From positions 1 through 64,000 of the forward strand of contig NW_024055477.1 in assembly GCF_902713615.1 (NCBI RefSeq): DNA of 64,000 nucleotides, in the 5' to 3' direction. Position numbers and translations under genes: made by a program. Positions 14,240 through 26,830 of the stretch are shown in pieces. Source of the stretch: Scyliorhinus canicula. Lineage: Eukaryota. Positions within the stretch are counted from its first letter, which is position 1. Every line of letters starts with the position of its first letter. A model generated the notes under the pieces. The model had not been told where the DNA came from. It ran no database searches and saw only the letters and a list, made by a program, of their open reading frames with translations.

Positions 14240-14600
14240 TAATCTCAACCGTGTAACGGTGAGTCTTGGGCCGACCCTGCAATCGACCCTGTCACGTTTT
14301 GAACGAATTTATACCCTGAATCAGTAATCACTGCATTAGACGTTATCTCAGTTTTCGTTAATCTAGATCCTCCATCAATAACTACGGTACTAGAATCTGT
14401 CTCACTTTATATTAATATCGACGCTCTATCAGCAATTAGTGCTCTAGAATCCTGTCTAAATTTACATTACTGAAGACCCCCCCCCCCCCATTAGAAATCA
14501 CTGCACTCGGCCTTGTCTCAGTTTATATTAATCTAGACCCTGTATCAGGAACTACTGTACTAGACCCTGTTTCAGTTTATGTCTAACTTAGGCTTTGTTG
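14240..14600. repeat. Degenerate ~50-bp tandem repeat, second tract
   Basis: Repeated taatcactgc/actagaccctgt/cagtttatattaatc motifs. Confidence 0.6.
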
Positions 14601-15398
14601 CATTACATAGACACATAGAAGTATAGAAGCATAAACAATAGGTGAAGGAGTAGGCCGTTCGGCCCCTTGAACTTGCTCTTCCATTCATTGTGATCGTGGC
14701 TGATCATCCAGACTCTGTAGACTCTTCTCGCTTTCCCTCCATATCCTATGATCCCTATAGCCACCAGAACCATATATAATTCCTTCCAGTAAACATAAAA
14801 AGTTGTGGCCTCAACTGTTTTGTGTGGTAGAGAATTCCACAGATTCACCGCTCTAAGTCAATACATTTCTCCACATCTATATCCTTAGACTGTGTCCCTG
14901 ATTCTGGACTCCTCTCCATTAATCATTGCTGCACACCCTGTCTCCGTTATTATGAATATTTACCCTGTAACAGTAACCCCTGCATTAGAACCCTGCACCA
15001 GTTATTGTGAATCCCGGTCTTTTCAAAGTATCATAGAATCACGACAGTGCAGAAGGAGCCCAGTCGGCCCATCGAGTCTGCACCGGCCCTCCAAAACGGC
15101 ACCCCACTGAGGACCACTCTTCCACCCTTTCTCCATAACCCCACCTAACCTTTGCATACTCAGGGGAAATCTTTTAGAATGGCCAATCCATCTAACCTGC
15201 GCATCTTTGGACTGTGGGAGGAAATTCTCGGTTTCCACTGCACTGCACTGTCTCCACTTGTATTAATCGAGGCCCTGTTTTAGTCATTCCGGGACACCGC
15301 TGGCTCTGTTTATTTAATGTCAGTTTATGTACCTGTAAATGATGCGCTTCTCTCTGTTTTAGTTATTAATGTGCGGGACAATACCAATATTAATCGTG

Positions 15399-16982
15399 AT
15401 GTGGAGCTGCCGGCGTTGGACAGGGGTGAGCACAGTAAGAAGTCTTACAACACGAGGTTAAAGTCCAACAGGTTTGCTTCATACACTAGCGTTCGGAGCA
15501 CTGCTCCTTCCTCAGGTGAATGAAGAGGTATGTTCCAGAAAGATATATATCGGCAACTTCAAAGATGCAAACAATGCTTAGAATGCGAGCATTTGCACGT
15601 AATTAAGTCTTTACAGGTCCAGAGTTAGGGGTAACCCCAGGTTAAAGAGGGGTGAATTGTCTTTAGCCAGGACACTTGGTAGGATTTTGCAAGCCAAGCC
15701 AAATGGTGGGGGATGAATGTAATGCGACATGAATCCCAGGCCTCGGTTGAGGCCGCACTCATGTGTGCGGAACTTGGCTATAGGTTTCTGCTCGGTGATT
15801 CTGCCTTGTTGCGGGTCACCTCACAATGCTCCACTTCTCCACTTCCACCCTAAACACATTAAAGAAGCCATCCCCGATGGACAAGCCCTCCATATACACA
15901 GGATCTGCTCAGACAAGGAGGAGCGTAACAGACATCTACAGACGCTGAAAGATGCCCTCGTCCAAATGGGTATGGCGCTCGACTAATCAATCGATAGTTC
16001 CAACACGCCACAGCAAAAGAATGCACCGACCTCCTCAGAAGACAACTATGGGACTCAACCGACAGAGTACCCTTCGTCGTCCAGTACTTTCCCAGAGTGG
16101 AGAAACTACGACATCTTCTTCACAGCCTTCAACACGTCATCGATGAAGATGAACATCTTGCCAAGGTCATCCCCACATCCCCACTACTGGCCCTCAAACA
16201 ACTGCGCAACCTCAAACAGACCATTGTTTGCAGCAAACTACCCAGCCTTCAGGAGAACAGCGACCATGACACCACACAACCCTGCCAGGGCAATCTCTGC
16301 AAGACGTGCCAGATGATCGACATCGATACCACCACTACACGAGAGAACACCATCCACCATGTATGCGGTACATACTCGTGCGACTAGGCCAATGTTGTCT
16401 ACCTCATACCCTGCAGGAAAGGATGTCCTGAAGCATGGTACATTGGCGAGACCATGCAGACGCTGCAACAATGAATGAACGGACAGTGCACAACAATCAC
16501 CAGGCAGGAATGGTCCCTACCAGTCGGTGAACACTTTAGCAGTCAAGGGCATTCAGCCTCTGATCTCCGGGTAAGCGTTCTTCAAGGAGACCTTCAGGAC
16601 GCGCGATAACGCAGAATCGCCGAGCTGCAACTTATAGCTTAGTTCCACACACATGGGTACGGCCTCAATCGGGACCTGGGATTCATGTCGCATTACATTC
16701 ATCCCCCACCATCTGGCCTGGGCTTGCAAAATCCTATCAACTGTCTGGGCTTGAGATAATTCACACCTCTTTATCCTGGGGCTACCCCTATCTCCGGATC
16801 TGTAAAGACTTAATTACCTGCAAATGCTCGCATTATAAGCATTATCTTGCATCTTTGAATTTGTCTATACATATGTTTCTAGAACCTTCCTCTTCATTCA
16901 CCTGAGGAAGGAGCAGTTCTCCGAAAGCTAGTGTTTGAAACAAACCTGTTGGACTTTAACCTGGTGTTGTAAGATTTCTTAC
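15399..16982 (+). mobile_element. Penelope-like element (RT C-terminus plus GIY-YIG endonuclease, decayed) with inverted pseudo-LTRs
   Basis: Frames read HPKHIKEAIPDGQALHIHRICSD, CQGNLCKTC and VVYLIPC...WYIGET. 15440-15810 is the reverse complement of ~16610-16982. The flanks carry a 13-bp direct repeat AATATTAATCGTG (15386-15398, 16983-16995). Confidence 0.9.
16893..16939 (+). ncRNA. Minimal type I hammerhead ribozyme motif in Penelope pLTR
   Basis: cac-CTGAGGA-a-GGAG cagtt CTCC-GAA-AGCT-A-gtg: conserved core, stem II, palindromic AGCU stem III, UA cleavage site and cac/gtg stem I. Confidence 0.75.
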
Positions 16983-17281
16983 AATATTAATCGTGCAATG
17001 GGTTACATCTCATTTATTACCGCACTCCTCCGCATCTCTGTTTAAAATAAAATAGGTCCTTTCTCAGTTCTCTCTCAATTAGACTCTCTCAGTGTTTATA
17101 TCTTTCGATATTATTCCAGTTATTAATACATTAGATCATTCTTCTGTGGCATCTATAAGTTACTTTAGTTGAGTTTTTACCTGTAGTTAGATGATGTATT
17201 TATTAATATTTTACTGCACATTGTGTTTCGTAGTATTACATTTATCCCTGCTTCAGTTATCACTGTTCTTAACCGTGTAAC

Positions 17282-17612
17282 AAATAGAACAGAACAGGCC
17301 CTTCGGCCCTCAATGTTGTGCCGAGCCATGATCACCCTACTCAAACCCACGTATCCACCCTATACCCGTAACCCAACAACCCCCCCTCTTAACCTTACTT
17401 TTATTAGGACACTACGGGCAATTTAGCATGGCCAATCCACCTAACCCGCACATCTTTGGACTGTGGGAGGAAACCGGAGCACCCAGGGGAAACCCACGCA
17501 CACAGGGGGAGGACGTGCAGACTCCACACAGACAGTGACCCAGCCGGGAATCGAACCTAGGACCCTGGAGCTGTGAAGCATTTATGCTAACCACCATGCT
17601 ACGCTGCTGCCC
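17282..17612 (-). mobile_element. HE1-like SINE family B, full length, sharing its 3' tail with CR1 LINEs
   Basis: Head gggcagcagcgtagcatggtggttagc. The tail (gggcctgttctgttct) matches the CR1 3' end at 2381-2440. Confidence 0.88.
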
Positions 17613-17854
17613 TGGGACTTGTTGCTGGAATGATTGAACAGGACCATGTTTCGTTTTATCTTTCCCTCGGCATTGTATCTGTGTATATAATGCTCTCTGC
17701 ATTTAAACATTTGAATAAGAAGGACCATGTTTCTATACGTACCACAATTCACCCTTTCTCAGGTATGACTGCACGAGACTGTGTTTACTGTTTTAACAAA
17801 TAGGTGCAGTCACATTCAGAAATGCACTGAGAATCACATCTCTCTACTGCAATA

Positions 17855-18019
17855 GGGGCTGGTTTAGCTCACTTGGCTAAATCGCTGGCTTTTAAAGCAG
17901 GCCAGCAGCCTCCCCAGACAGGCGCCGGAATGTGGCGACTAGGGGCTTTTCACAGTAACTTCATTGGAGCCTACTCGTGACAATAAGCGATTTTTATTTC
18001 ATTTTTTCATTTCATTTCA
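17855..18019 (+). mobile_element. SINE family A (internal deletion)
   Basis: Head and (tttca)n tail are present; the B-box segment is missing. Confidence 0.85.
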
Positions 18020-18149
18020 ATTGGCTCTTTTTTAATCATTGCATTAGACCTTATATCTGTTAATATTACATTATGTGCGGATTAATTAAGTGATGCATGA
18101 ATGAAACTCTGTTTCATTCGCGGCTGAAGTCTTCCCCCACAAAATAATG

Positions 18150-18790
18150 CAACAGGTTTATTTCCATTGATTCCCGCACAATCAACATCCTGGGGGTTGT
18201 CATTGACCGGAAACTGAACTGGACAAGCCAGACGAATACTGTGGCTGCCAGAGCAGTTCAAAGGATAGAGATCCTGTGGCGAGTGACTCACAGCCCGATT
18301 GCCCAAAGCCTGTCCACCATCTTCCAGGCAAAACTCTGAAGTGTAATGGAATACAAGCTCCACTTGTCTGGAGTGCAGCTTCAACAAATCTCAAGAAGCT
18401 TTACACCATCCAGGACAAATCAGTTGCTTTATTGTTGCCATCCACAAGATTTACTGTTGGAACTAATAAAGGTTTCATATTCAGCACCTACCAGACCCAC
18501 GGCGACAACCATCAACAAGGACCAGAGCAGCAGATACTTTGGAACACCACCAACTGGAGATTCCTGTCCAAGTCACTCAACACTTTGACTTGGAAACATA
18601 TCGCCGTTCCTTCACCGTGGCTGGGTGAAAATACTGGATATCTCTCGCTAATACAGTATGGGTGTAACTGTATATCAGGGACTGCAGCGTTTCAAGGTGG
18701 CAGCTCACCACCACCTTCTGAATGGCAACTTGGAATGGGCCATAATTGCTGACCCGATCAGTGGCGTCATATCGCGCAAATGAATGAAAA
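18150..18790 (+). mobile_element. Non-LTR retrotransposon RT 3' fragment (non-CR1 subfamily)
   Basis: Shifting frames read ILGVVIDRKLNWTS...SLSTIF...SVMEY and TNLKKLYTIQDK, the RT C-terminal pattern; clade not assignable by eye. Confidence 0.6.
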
Positions 18791-18819
18791 CAACAAAAGG
18801 TTGTCTAAAAAATTGACAA

Positions 18820-18930
18820 ATAGATAGACAGACAGATAGATAGATTGATGGATAGATAGATAAATATATGAAAGATATATAGATAGAGAAAGTAAGATAG
18901 ATAGATAGAAGAAAGAAAGAAAGAAAGGTG
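18820..18930. repeat. (GATA)n/(GAAA)n microsatellite
   Basis: Seen directly. Confidence 0.9.
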
Positions 18931-19826
18931 GAATTTTATTTTGAATATACTAACTGATTTTTGTTCGTTCATGGGATGTGGATGTCGCTGGCTGATCCTG
19001 CAGTTCTTACCCATCCCTGAGGGCATTTAAGAGTCAACCACATTGCTGTGGAGTCATCTGGAGTCATATGTAGGCCAGGCTAGTTAAGGGCGACAGGTGT
19101 CCTTCCCTGAAGGACATCAGTGAACCAGATGGGTTTTGATTAGACAGAACAATGGTTTCATGGTCATCATTAAACTTTTAATTCCAGAGTTTTCTTGATT
19201 CAAATTTCACCACCTGCCGTGGTGGGAGCCCGGGTCCCCAGAGCTTGACTCTGGGTCTCTGGATTACTAGTCCAGCGACAATACCACTGCAACACTGCCT
19301 TGTGACACTCACTTGTGTTTGGAAGAATGCATTTTGTCGTATCAATCAGTATTAGCTGTTATGGAAGTTCGTTGCAAAGGCAAATACATCTTTAAAACTC
19401 CTGCCGATCTGTTCTCATCTCTTTATTTCAGACTACACATCGATTAATTAATATCTCTGTTCTCTCTCAGACTTAATTCACTTACAAAAGCATAATGAAT
19501 AACTATTTGGTATTGTGTGATTGGTCTGGTAATGGGTGTGTAATATTTTGCTGCAAGGTTGGAGCGAATCTTGAGATATTCACTTCATCACCAGGCTGAG
19601 GAAATGAAACACAGGGGCCATATTGAACTTCACATTGCACAACACTGTCACACACTCCATTGTGTTGGAGATGGCTAATTCAGCCTTGTGTTCATCTGTG
19701 GCAATTACCCGCTGTTTCCTTTCATGGTCCGAATTGTCCTTCGCCCTTTTGGCTGAATGGATTTCTGTTTGCTTTTGTTGTGGTCACTGATTGTGAGAGA
19801 CAGAGTCTGAAACTGTGTGTGTATGG

Positions 19827-20005
19827 AATGAAATGAAAACTGAAAATCGCTTATTGTCACGAGTAGGCTTCAATGAAGTTACTGTGAAAAGCCCCCTAGT
19901 CGCCACATTCCGGCGCCTGTCTGGGGAGGCTGGTATGGGAATCGAACCGTGCTGCTGGCCTGCTGGAAAAGCCAGCGATTTAGCTCAGTGAGCTAAACCA
20001 GCCCC
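19827..20005 (-). mobile_element. SINE family A
   Basis: Reverse complement of the family A consensus. Confidence 0.87.
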
Positions 20006-21820
20006 TATATGTCTGTACGTGTGTGTGTGTGTGCGCGTATCTGTGTGTGGATAGGTGTGTCTATGTACGCGCCTGTGTGTCTATATGGGCCGATTAGTCT
20101 GGAACACATCATTATTCATTGTTTGCAAAATGGCGTTGCCAATAATTGCAATTATGTTTCAGCACAGGACGACATTTTATTGAGATTACCTTCCACATCC
20201 TATGCTGCACTCAATATGTACTTGTAATGTATTGTCCTGAGTGATCTAGACAGTAATATCAAGCTGTCCATTCAATTGAAAAGGCAAATATATCTTTCAA
20301 ATTACTTACATATCGGTCCAGCTCGCTTTCTCTGTCTCAGGCTGCACCTAAATCAGTTGAACCCTCTTCTCTCTCTCAGACTTCACTCACTCACACAGGC
20401 ACACAGCAGCCGAGTCTGGAACCTAGTGTTTAAATGGCACCTCGTGTATAAATCTTTTTTGCTGAAGGCAAATAATTAAGCACCAAAACGTCATCAGAGG
20501 AAAATTCCGTGCCAAAAAGGCAATGGATCATTCACTTAACCTCTCTCCCTTTCCTCCCCTCTCACTCCCCCCCCCCCCCCCCCCCCCCATCTCTCTCGCT
20601 CTGACACCAAGTGACTTCAAACTTTCTACATTAGTATAACCTCTGTTAACAGATTGTTGCTTTAATTTCCCTTCATCTCTCCAGATTATTATTTGTATTA
20701 TGACCAGTGAAGATCATCTGTGCACCTCCCGATCGGTTACTGTGTTTCTAAACAAATAATATAACTTTTACAAGGGAATGGGAATGGAGGTGAATGTAAT
20801 GCTGAGAGCGGCAGCAATCTGTGTGGGTGTTCTTGATGCTGTCAGAGTGAGTTCACCCTCACAGGCAGGAAGACTGTTCACGGTGATAACATGAAACTGA
20901 CGCCTGCTGTTTCATTCTCAGGTAACACAACTTCCTGTTTCTCTGCTGCTGGTTCCAAACCGCACATCTCACTTCTGAGCAGAAAATAAATCCAGGGACC
21001 ACAATCTGGTGAGAACATCTGTCAGTGCGGCCTATATGTGCCCACAGAGTCAGGGCAGAGTCACACAGATCACATTGTGGTGACATTTACAAATGAACCT
21101 GTTGTGATCTGTTCAAAGATTCCATTCCAGGACATAACTGGATGGTCAGTGGATCAGTCACTGAGTTTCCCCGGTTCTCTGAAGCCAGGAAATGATATCT
21201 TGTTCCATTTCACTATTGTATCATTCTCCCGCTCTGGGTGTAATTTGTTTTTACTGTTTCTCAGTTGTGTCTCTCTTTCTAATTTCTTCGCTCAGTTTCA
21301 CATCCTCTCTCTGTATCTTTCTCCATCTTTATGTGTGTCTATTTAATTAAACTGCTAAAACAAAACCATCAAGGTTTAAATCTAGTAATTAAAGAGAGAC
21401 TATTACAACTGGTAGGAGGGTCTGTAACCAGAGGACACAGATGTACCGTATTGAACAGGAGGATTGTTTTTACACAGCGAGTTGTTATAAACTGGAACAC
21501 ACATCGGGAAAGTATGATGGAATCAGATTTAACAGTAACTTTGGAAAATGATGGATAAATATTTGAAAGTATTAAGATCTGAAGGATGAGAGGGAAGGGA
21601 ACAGTTAGATGGTTCATCTCTAATCATTGTCCCAGCACCTTTTCTGTATCTCCCTCTGTCATTCATTGAGGCCGAATAAAATACAATGATTGTACAGCTT
21701 TGCTCTTGTGCTAATCCTGTCTTTAGGCAGAACCTGGGTGTGTGCAGATAATTGCCACGAATCTTTCAGAGGTTCGTTGCTGTTTACAATCCACTACTTT
21801 GGACAAAGTAACAGTGGATA

Positions 21821-21982
21821 GGGGCTGGTTTAGCTCACTGGGCTAAATCGCTGGCTTACCAAGCAGACCAGCAGCACGGTTCGATCCCCGGGCAGGCGCC
21901 GGAATGCGGCGACTAGGGGCTTTCCACAGTAACTTCATTGAAGCCTACTCGTGACAATAAGTGATTTTCATTTTTCATTTTC
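21821..21982 (+). mobile_element. SINE family A
   Basis: ggggctggtttagctcactggg head and (tttca) tail. Confidence 0.85.
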
Positions 21983-22111
21983 GAATAGCACTTGTTTCGA
22001 AAAAGAACAATTATCGTTAACATTTGTGGCACTAATTCTTCCTGTGATGAGGCTTTGGCTTTTAGTCTTTGTGTCCGAAACTGATGATTTAAACATATGT
22101 GTCCATAAGCT

Positions 22112-22310
22112 GGGACGGTAGGGTGGCGCAGTGGTTAGCACTGCTGCCTACGCCTCTGAAGACCCGAGTTCGATCCCGGTCCTGGGTCACTGTCCGTGTG
22201 GAGTTTGCACCTTCTTCCCGTGACTGTGTGGGTTTCACCCCCACAACCCAAATCTGTGAAGGTTAGGTGGATTGGCCGTGCTAAATATAAATAAATGGAT
22301 ACTTTAAATT
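22112..22310 (+). mobile_element. HE1-like SINE family B (short variant)
   Basis: gggacggtagggtggcgcagtggttagc head and gttcgatccc B-box. Confidence 0.75.
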
Positions 22311-22668
22311 TACCAAAGAAATATTGGGTTCATAAGCTGCCGGAACGGGCTCTTGCGTGTCTGTGTAAATGGAGAACTGTTGGTAAGAATGATCAGAAAC
22401 AGATGCTTTTGTTTCCCCCGACAGATGCACCAATATAGGTGCCATAATGGTCCTCCCATTGGGTATAAACGATCCTAGGTGGAGTCAATCACACGCGCCT
22501 CACTCAATGAAGTTTCCAATCCACTTTTCCCGCACACATCCCTGTCACTCAGCTTGATAATGAAGCCTGGGGTAGGGCCCAAAGAATCCTTGCTTTCTGA
22601 TAGTTTCACTTCCTCTTAAAATCAACTGTTCATGAGATCCACTGCCTCCTTTAATCGAAGATTATCAC

Positions 22669-23030
22669 CAGTCTCTGTTATTGATACACTGGAGCCGGTC
22701 TCTGTGATTATTATTATCCCAGACCCCAGTCTGACCCCGGGCCCGGCAGTCTGTGTTATTGATACACTGGAGCCGGTCTCTGTGATTATTATTATACCAG
22801 ATCCCAATCTGACCCCGGGCCCGGCAGCCTCTGTTACTGATACACTGGAACCGGTCTCTGTGATTATTATTATACCAGACCCCAGTCTGACCCCGGACCC
22901 GGCAGTCTCTGTTATTGATACACTGGAGCCGGCCTCTATGATTATTATTATACCTGACCCCAGTCTGACCCCGGGCCCGGCAGCCTCTGTTATTGATACA
23001 CTGGATCCGGTCTCTGTGACTATCATACCG
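22669..23030. repeat. 78-bp minisatellite, ~4.6 copies
   Basis: Units start at 22669, 22747, 22825, 22903 and 22981, with high identity. Confidence 0.95.
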
Positions 23031-23159
23031 GTGCGGCAGTTGTAAATCACTTCGCAAATCCAAGGAGAAAATATGTTTGTTCTTTTACAAGTGCGGAGTG
23101 GGGGGCGGCGACGAGGGGGGGGGGGCGGCGGTGGAGGAAAGGACGTCAAAACATCATTG

Positions 23160-23272
23160 ATGTGCCAGTAACGAAAGGGAAAATGCTGGAAAATCTCAGC
23201 AAGTCTGGCAGCATCTGTCTGGAGAGAAACGAGCTGACGTTTCGAGTCGGATGACTCTTTGTCAAAGCTTGA
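23160..23272 (-). mobile_element. Penelope-type terminal fragment with degenerate hammerhead motif
   Basis: Reverse strand agct-TTGACAA-a-gagtc atcc gactc-GAAA-cgtc-agct, followed by the ...gatgctgccagacttgctgagat tail; homologues at 34020-34095 and 51752-51840. Confidence 0.65.
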
Positions 23273-24660
23273 CTGATGTCACTTCCTGCGGAACACATGA
23301 CAGGAACATCGCCTCCAGAGCTGTGTCTGATTGGCCTGATATTATTTTTGTAAATCACAAGTTTGTGTTTATTGCAGAGGCTGAAAATCTAACCGTACAT
23401 TTCGCTGATCACTAACAGAACGGTAAAAATCAGAACGGTAAATTTGATCTCTAATTGACCTCAGCGACTGTTTAATCAATAATTGTCCTGAAAACTGTTC
23501 CCTGGAAGAATAAAAAGTGCTGGATGCAGATGAAGATGTTCTATTGATTTTAGTCTCTGTCATTAATGAAACTGAACTGGCTGCCCGGAAGGGTATAAGG
23601 AGAGGGGGGGGGGGGGGCAGAGGTGGTAGTGAAGGGAGTCGAGTTTGATTAACATTCTACTGTGGCACTCAGGGAAATGGTCTCTGTGTTGTTCGTGGCA
23701 TATGCACAGAACGGGGATATACGCTATTAGTTTAGTATCTGAAACTTGTAATTTAACATACATGTATTTAACATACATTAGACGTTTGCTGCCTTCATTT
23801 TATTCTGGCGTCTGAACTGTAGTTATCATCTTGTATAATTTAAAGTTCCTCCCACCAAAGAGCTCCAGCATCATATTTGTCTGTTGACTGCGGCGGGAGC
23901 GGTTACGGGTTCCTTTTTATTACTATTATTAATGCAGGTTAATATACACAGGAATTAATTTTAAATTATGTTTAAATTGCAGTGAAGTAACTTATTTTGA
24001 CGTGTTGTGTTATATTCAATTGATTATATCATTTTCTCAATTATTTAATATTTAAATAGATTATTATTTATGTCTTATTTTTCTTCCCATTTTGAATTCC
24101 TGAATCCACTTCATGCTTTTATCTCACTATGTTCCTTTGTTTCTCTCTCTGTTTTTGTTGTTATTTGTTCGTTTGTCTCTCTTCGTTTCTCCGACCTTTT
24201 GTTTCCACATCACGGCACCGGGTCCCTTCACTGTACCTTGGTTCGTGAATTGGTTGAAACGGGAATTTGAGATGAATTTGATTTTCTACCTTCTGAACTT
24301 GAATGCCACGCGAAGGAACGAAAACGAGACAGTGAAAGTGTCTCTGACAGAGAGAGAGAAAGAGAGGCAAGATACCGACAGAGAAGCCGAACAGCAGAGA
24401 GAGACAGACACGAAGAGAAAGCTGAGAGACACCAAGGCAGCGAAAATGCTGAAGGAGTTCGTTAGCCCAGGAGCAAGAACGATTGGTGCCCGACTCTCAC
24501 GAGAACTGAGGGACTAGCCAATCCTGACCTTGGGAAACGCCCATCAGAATCACATTGCGTGAAATCTGCAGCTGATTGGAGATTACTCTTTAATATCAGA
24601 CTAGAACTGCAACTTATTTCAAGCATGATTTTATTTCTTTCCAACTTTAAACCGGGCACC

Positions 24661-25110
24661 ATGTTCTCCTCATATTGCTTTATGGTGATTCTCATCATCC
24701 TGCCCAGTGAATCAATATTTACTATAATATTCAATATCACACATACACATGTTCCATATGTTATGTTCACTCCCAGACGTTTGAAACATTATGTGTCTTG
24801 TTACAGGAACAAATGGCGAAGACGCAGTGTTCCAGGATCGATCTGAATTAAAGGTTCTGGAAGGACAGAACGTAACACTGGATTGTAGATACTCGACAGC
24901 TGCTCTTCAAACTCTGTTCTGGTACATCCAGTATCCCGGGAAAGCTCCAAAATATTTAATGGCAATATATAGCTCTGGGGATGTAAATATTTCGCCAAAT
25001 TTACCAGCGAGGATCTTGGCGGTTTTGCATAAAGAAAACACAACGGTTCCTTTAACTATCACCGGGGCCCTTCTCTCCGACTGTGCCGTGTATTTCTGTG
25101 CCATGTTGCC
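24661..25110 (+). CDS. TRAV/TRDV: TCR alpha/delta V gene (V1), potentially functional; leader exon 24661-24706, V exon 24807-25110
   Basis: Leader MFSSYCFMVILIILP, phase-1 GT/AG intron, Ig-V domain with LDC, FWYIQYPGKAP and DCAVYFCAM; RSS follows. Confidence 0.9.
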
Positions 25111-25149
25111 CACACTGCACAGAGATATAGCAGATGCCGTACAATAACC
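25111..25149 (+). other. 23-RSS of V1
   Basis: cacactg + 23-nt spacer + acaataacc. Confidence 0.9.
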
Positions 25150-25174
25150 CCACACTGAGAGTTCCAGTTAGTGC

Positions 25175-25188
25175 CCACCAGAGGGCGT
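25175..25188 (+). promoter_or_regulatory. CTCF-binding motif 25 bp 3' of the V1 nonamer
   Basis: CCACCAGAGGGCGT versus core consensus CCASYAGRKGGCRS. Confidence 0.65.
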
Positions 25189-26725
25189 TCTCTCGCCGAT
25201 AAATATTCAACCTCCACAGTGAAAGCCAACGAGACTTTTCATAATTTCTGAGCAAGACGGGGCACCCAACAAAACCAGGCAAGGGCCACTTAGGGAATTA
25301 AAGTAGTCGCTTTCAGCTCACAGTTATAATAAAAATGAGAGTCACAAATAGATTTCTGGTGTCACCTCGTTTTTTCCTTTTGATGTTATTTCTGTGCCTG
25401 TCTGATTTATTGTGGACATTTTCCTCCGTCTTCCCGTTAGCATACCGATCCTTTTGATCACGACCGCGCACAAACTCTATATGAACAGCGTGTTTTAGTT
25501 GTCCGGATTGTTTTAATGAAAAGATTAAAATTTACAAATTAGGAACATCGATGTTAAAACACACCCCATGCATCAATCTCCCTCGATGTTCATGGCCTTT
25601 TGGAGTGTCTTTTTATATCTATCATATTTTCCACCATCTTTCATAACCCAGGGTTTCTGTCTTAAAGTGTCTAAAGAAAGTTTTTCTTCTCACCCATCTC
25701 CTCCAACAGAACCAGCTCCCGAAAAGGACAGGACACTGTAGCCGAGACCGAGACCGATATGTTTCTCTTCACTCGCAGTCACTTCACTATTCATCCGTTT
25801 CACAACCGCACACAGCGAGCAAATGGCAGTGAGGCAATAGAATCCTAAGACCTTACAGCAGATTATTGATGGTAGGATCAGGATCGGTGTCTTCAAATAC
25901 TCAACACTCCTTTGACAGAGCGGATAGTGAGCAGAATGTGACGTAGCATCAGGATATTGTGGGAATATTTCTGACAGGTAATTGTGGACTAAACACCTTC
26001 CGCATTTTCTCCAATTTCCAAAATAGGGTATGAATCAGAATATTAAACACCCGCCGGTCTGATAATTCCTTGTTTGAATATGCTTTTAGATCCAGGTCAT
26101 GGAGGCTCTGTTTGTCAGTAGCTGTCCTTAGATCTAAAGACAGTTGTAGAAGGGAAAACTGAAAAAGGTATATGCAACATAAGCTTCATTATTTATTCTG
26201 GCACAAGAGCACCAGATGCACAGCGCGCGAAGTTGCACTGCAGGAATTCTGGGTGGGTAAATGAAAGTTTTGCCAAACCATATTTCTCGGTAGAATTCGA
26301 GACCTCAACTCAATTCACCAGTTGAAGCTTCAAGGGGCGGCACCTGACTGTGCCGTCTATTACTGCTTTCTGTCTGTGGGAATTGTGATGGAAAGCAGTC
26401 TTACCCCCGTACGTTTACCTTGGACAGTAGCTCATTTCTCCTGTCTGTTTGGGGGTTCTACAGAATCTCGGGCAGATTAACCCGTAATATGAGCAGCGCT
26501 GTCAGCCTCTCAAACCAAATACTGCCAACAAACCAATGAAAACGTCAGGATACCGGTTCCAGAAGCGGCTGAAAAAATAAACAAAATAGAATCTTTAAAA
26601 TGACAGGTAGATGCAGCTCGAAATAAACGTATCGGTTAATTAGTCTTTCCTACGCCTTTTCTTTGTTTATTCTTTTAAAAAACAGGGTTTAATGTTAGGA
26701 TCAGCTCCATGGAACAGGGTAACTC

Positions 26726-26830
26726 TGACGTCACAAAGAATCGACAGACTGACGTCACAGATAGTACAGACTGACGTCACAGAGACTGCAGTCTGACTTT
26801 CCTCAGACGGAAGCACTGACGCATGCGCAC
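26726..26830 (+). promoter_or_regulatory. Three perfect CRE palindromes plus an ETS core (promoter-like, no linked V found)
   Basis: TGACGTCA at 26726, 26750 and 26772; CGGAAG at 26808; TGACGCATGCGC at 26817. Confidence 0.55.

Noticed and set aside
20799-21049. Leader-like ATG...gtgagt donor, tttcattctcag acceptor and cacagag heptamer-like motif
   Set aside because: No C23, WYxQ or YYC in a consistent frame, the exon is too short and there is no nonamer; at most an unrecognisably decayed V.
22622-23149. ORFs of 132-175 aa with 26-aa repeats
   Set aside because: Explained by a stop-free 78-bp minisatellite; open on both strands with no splice or promoter support.
24113-24517. 134-aa ORF rich in E/R/K
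   Set aside because: Product of GA-rich low-complexity sequence upstream of the V1 promoter.
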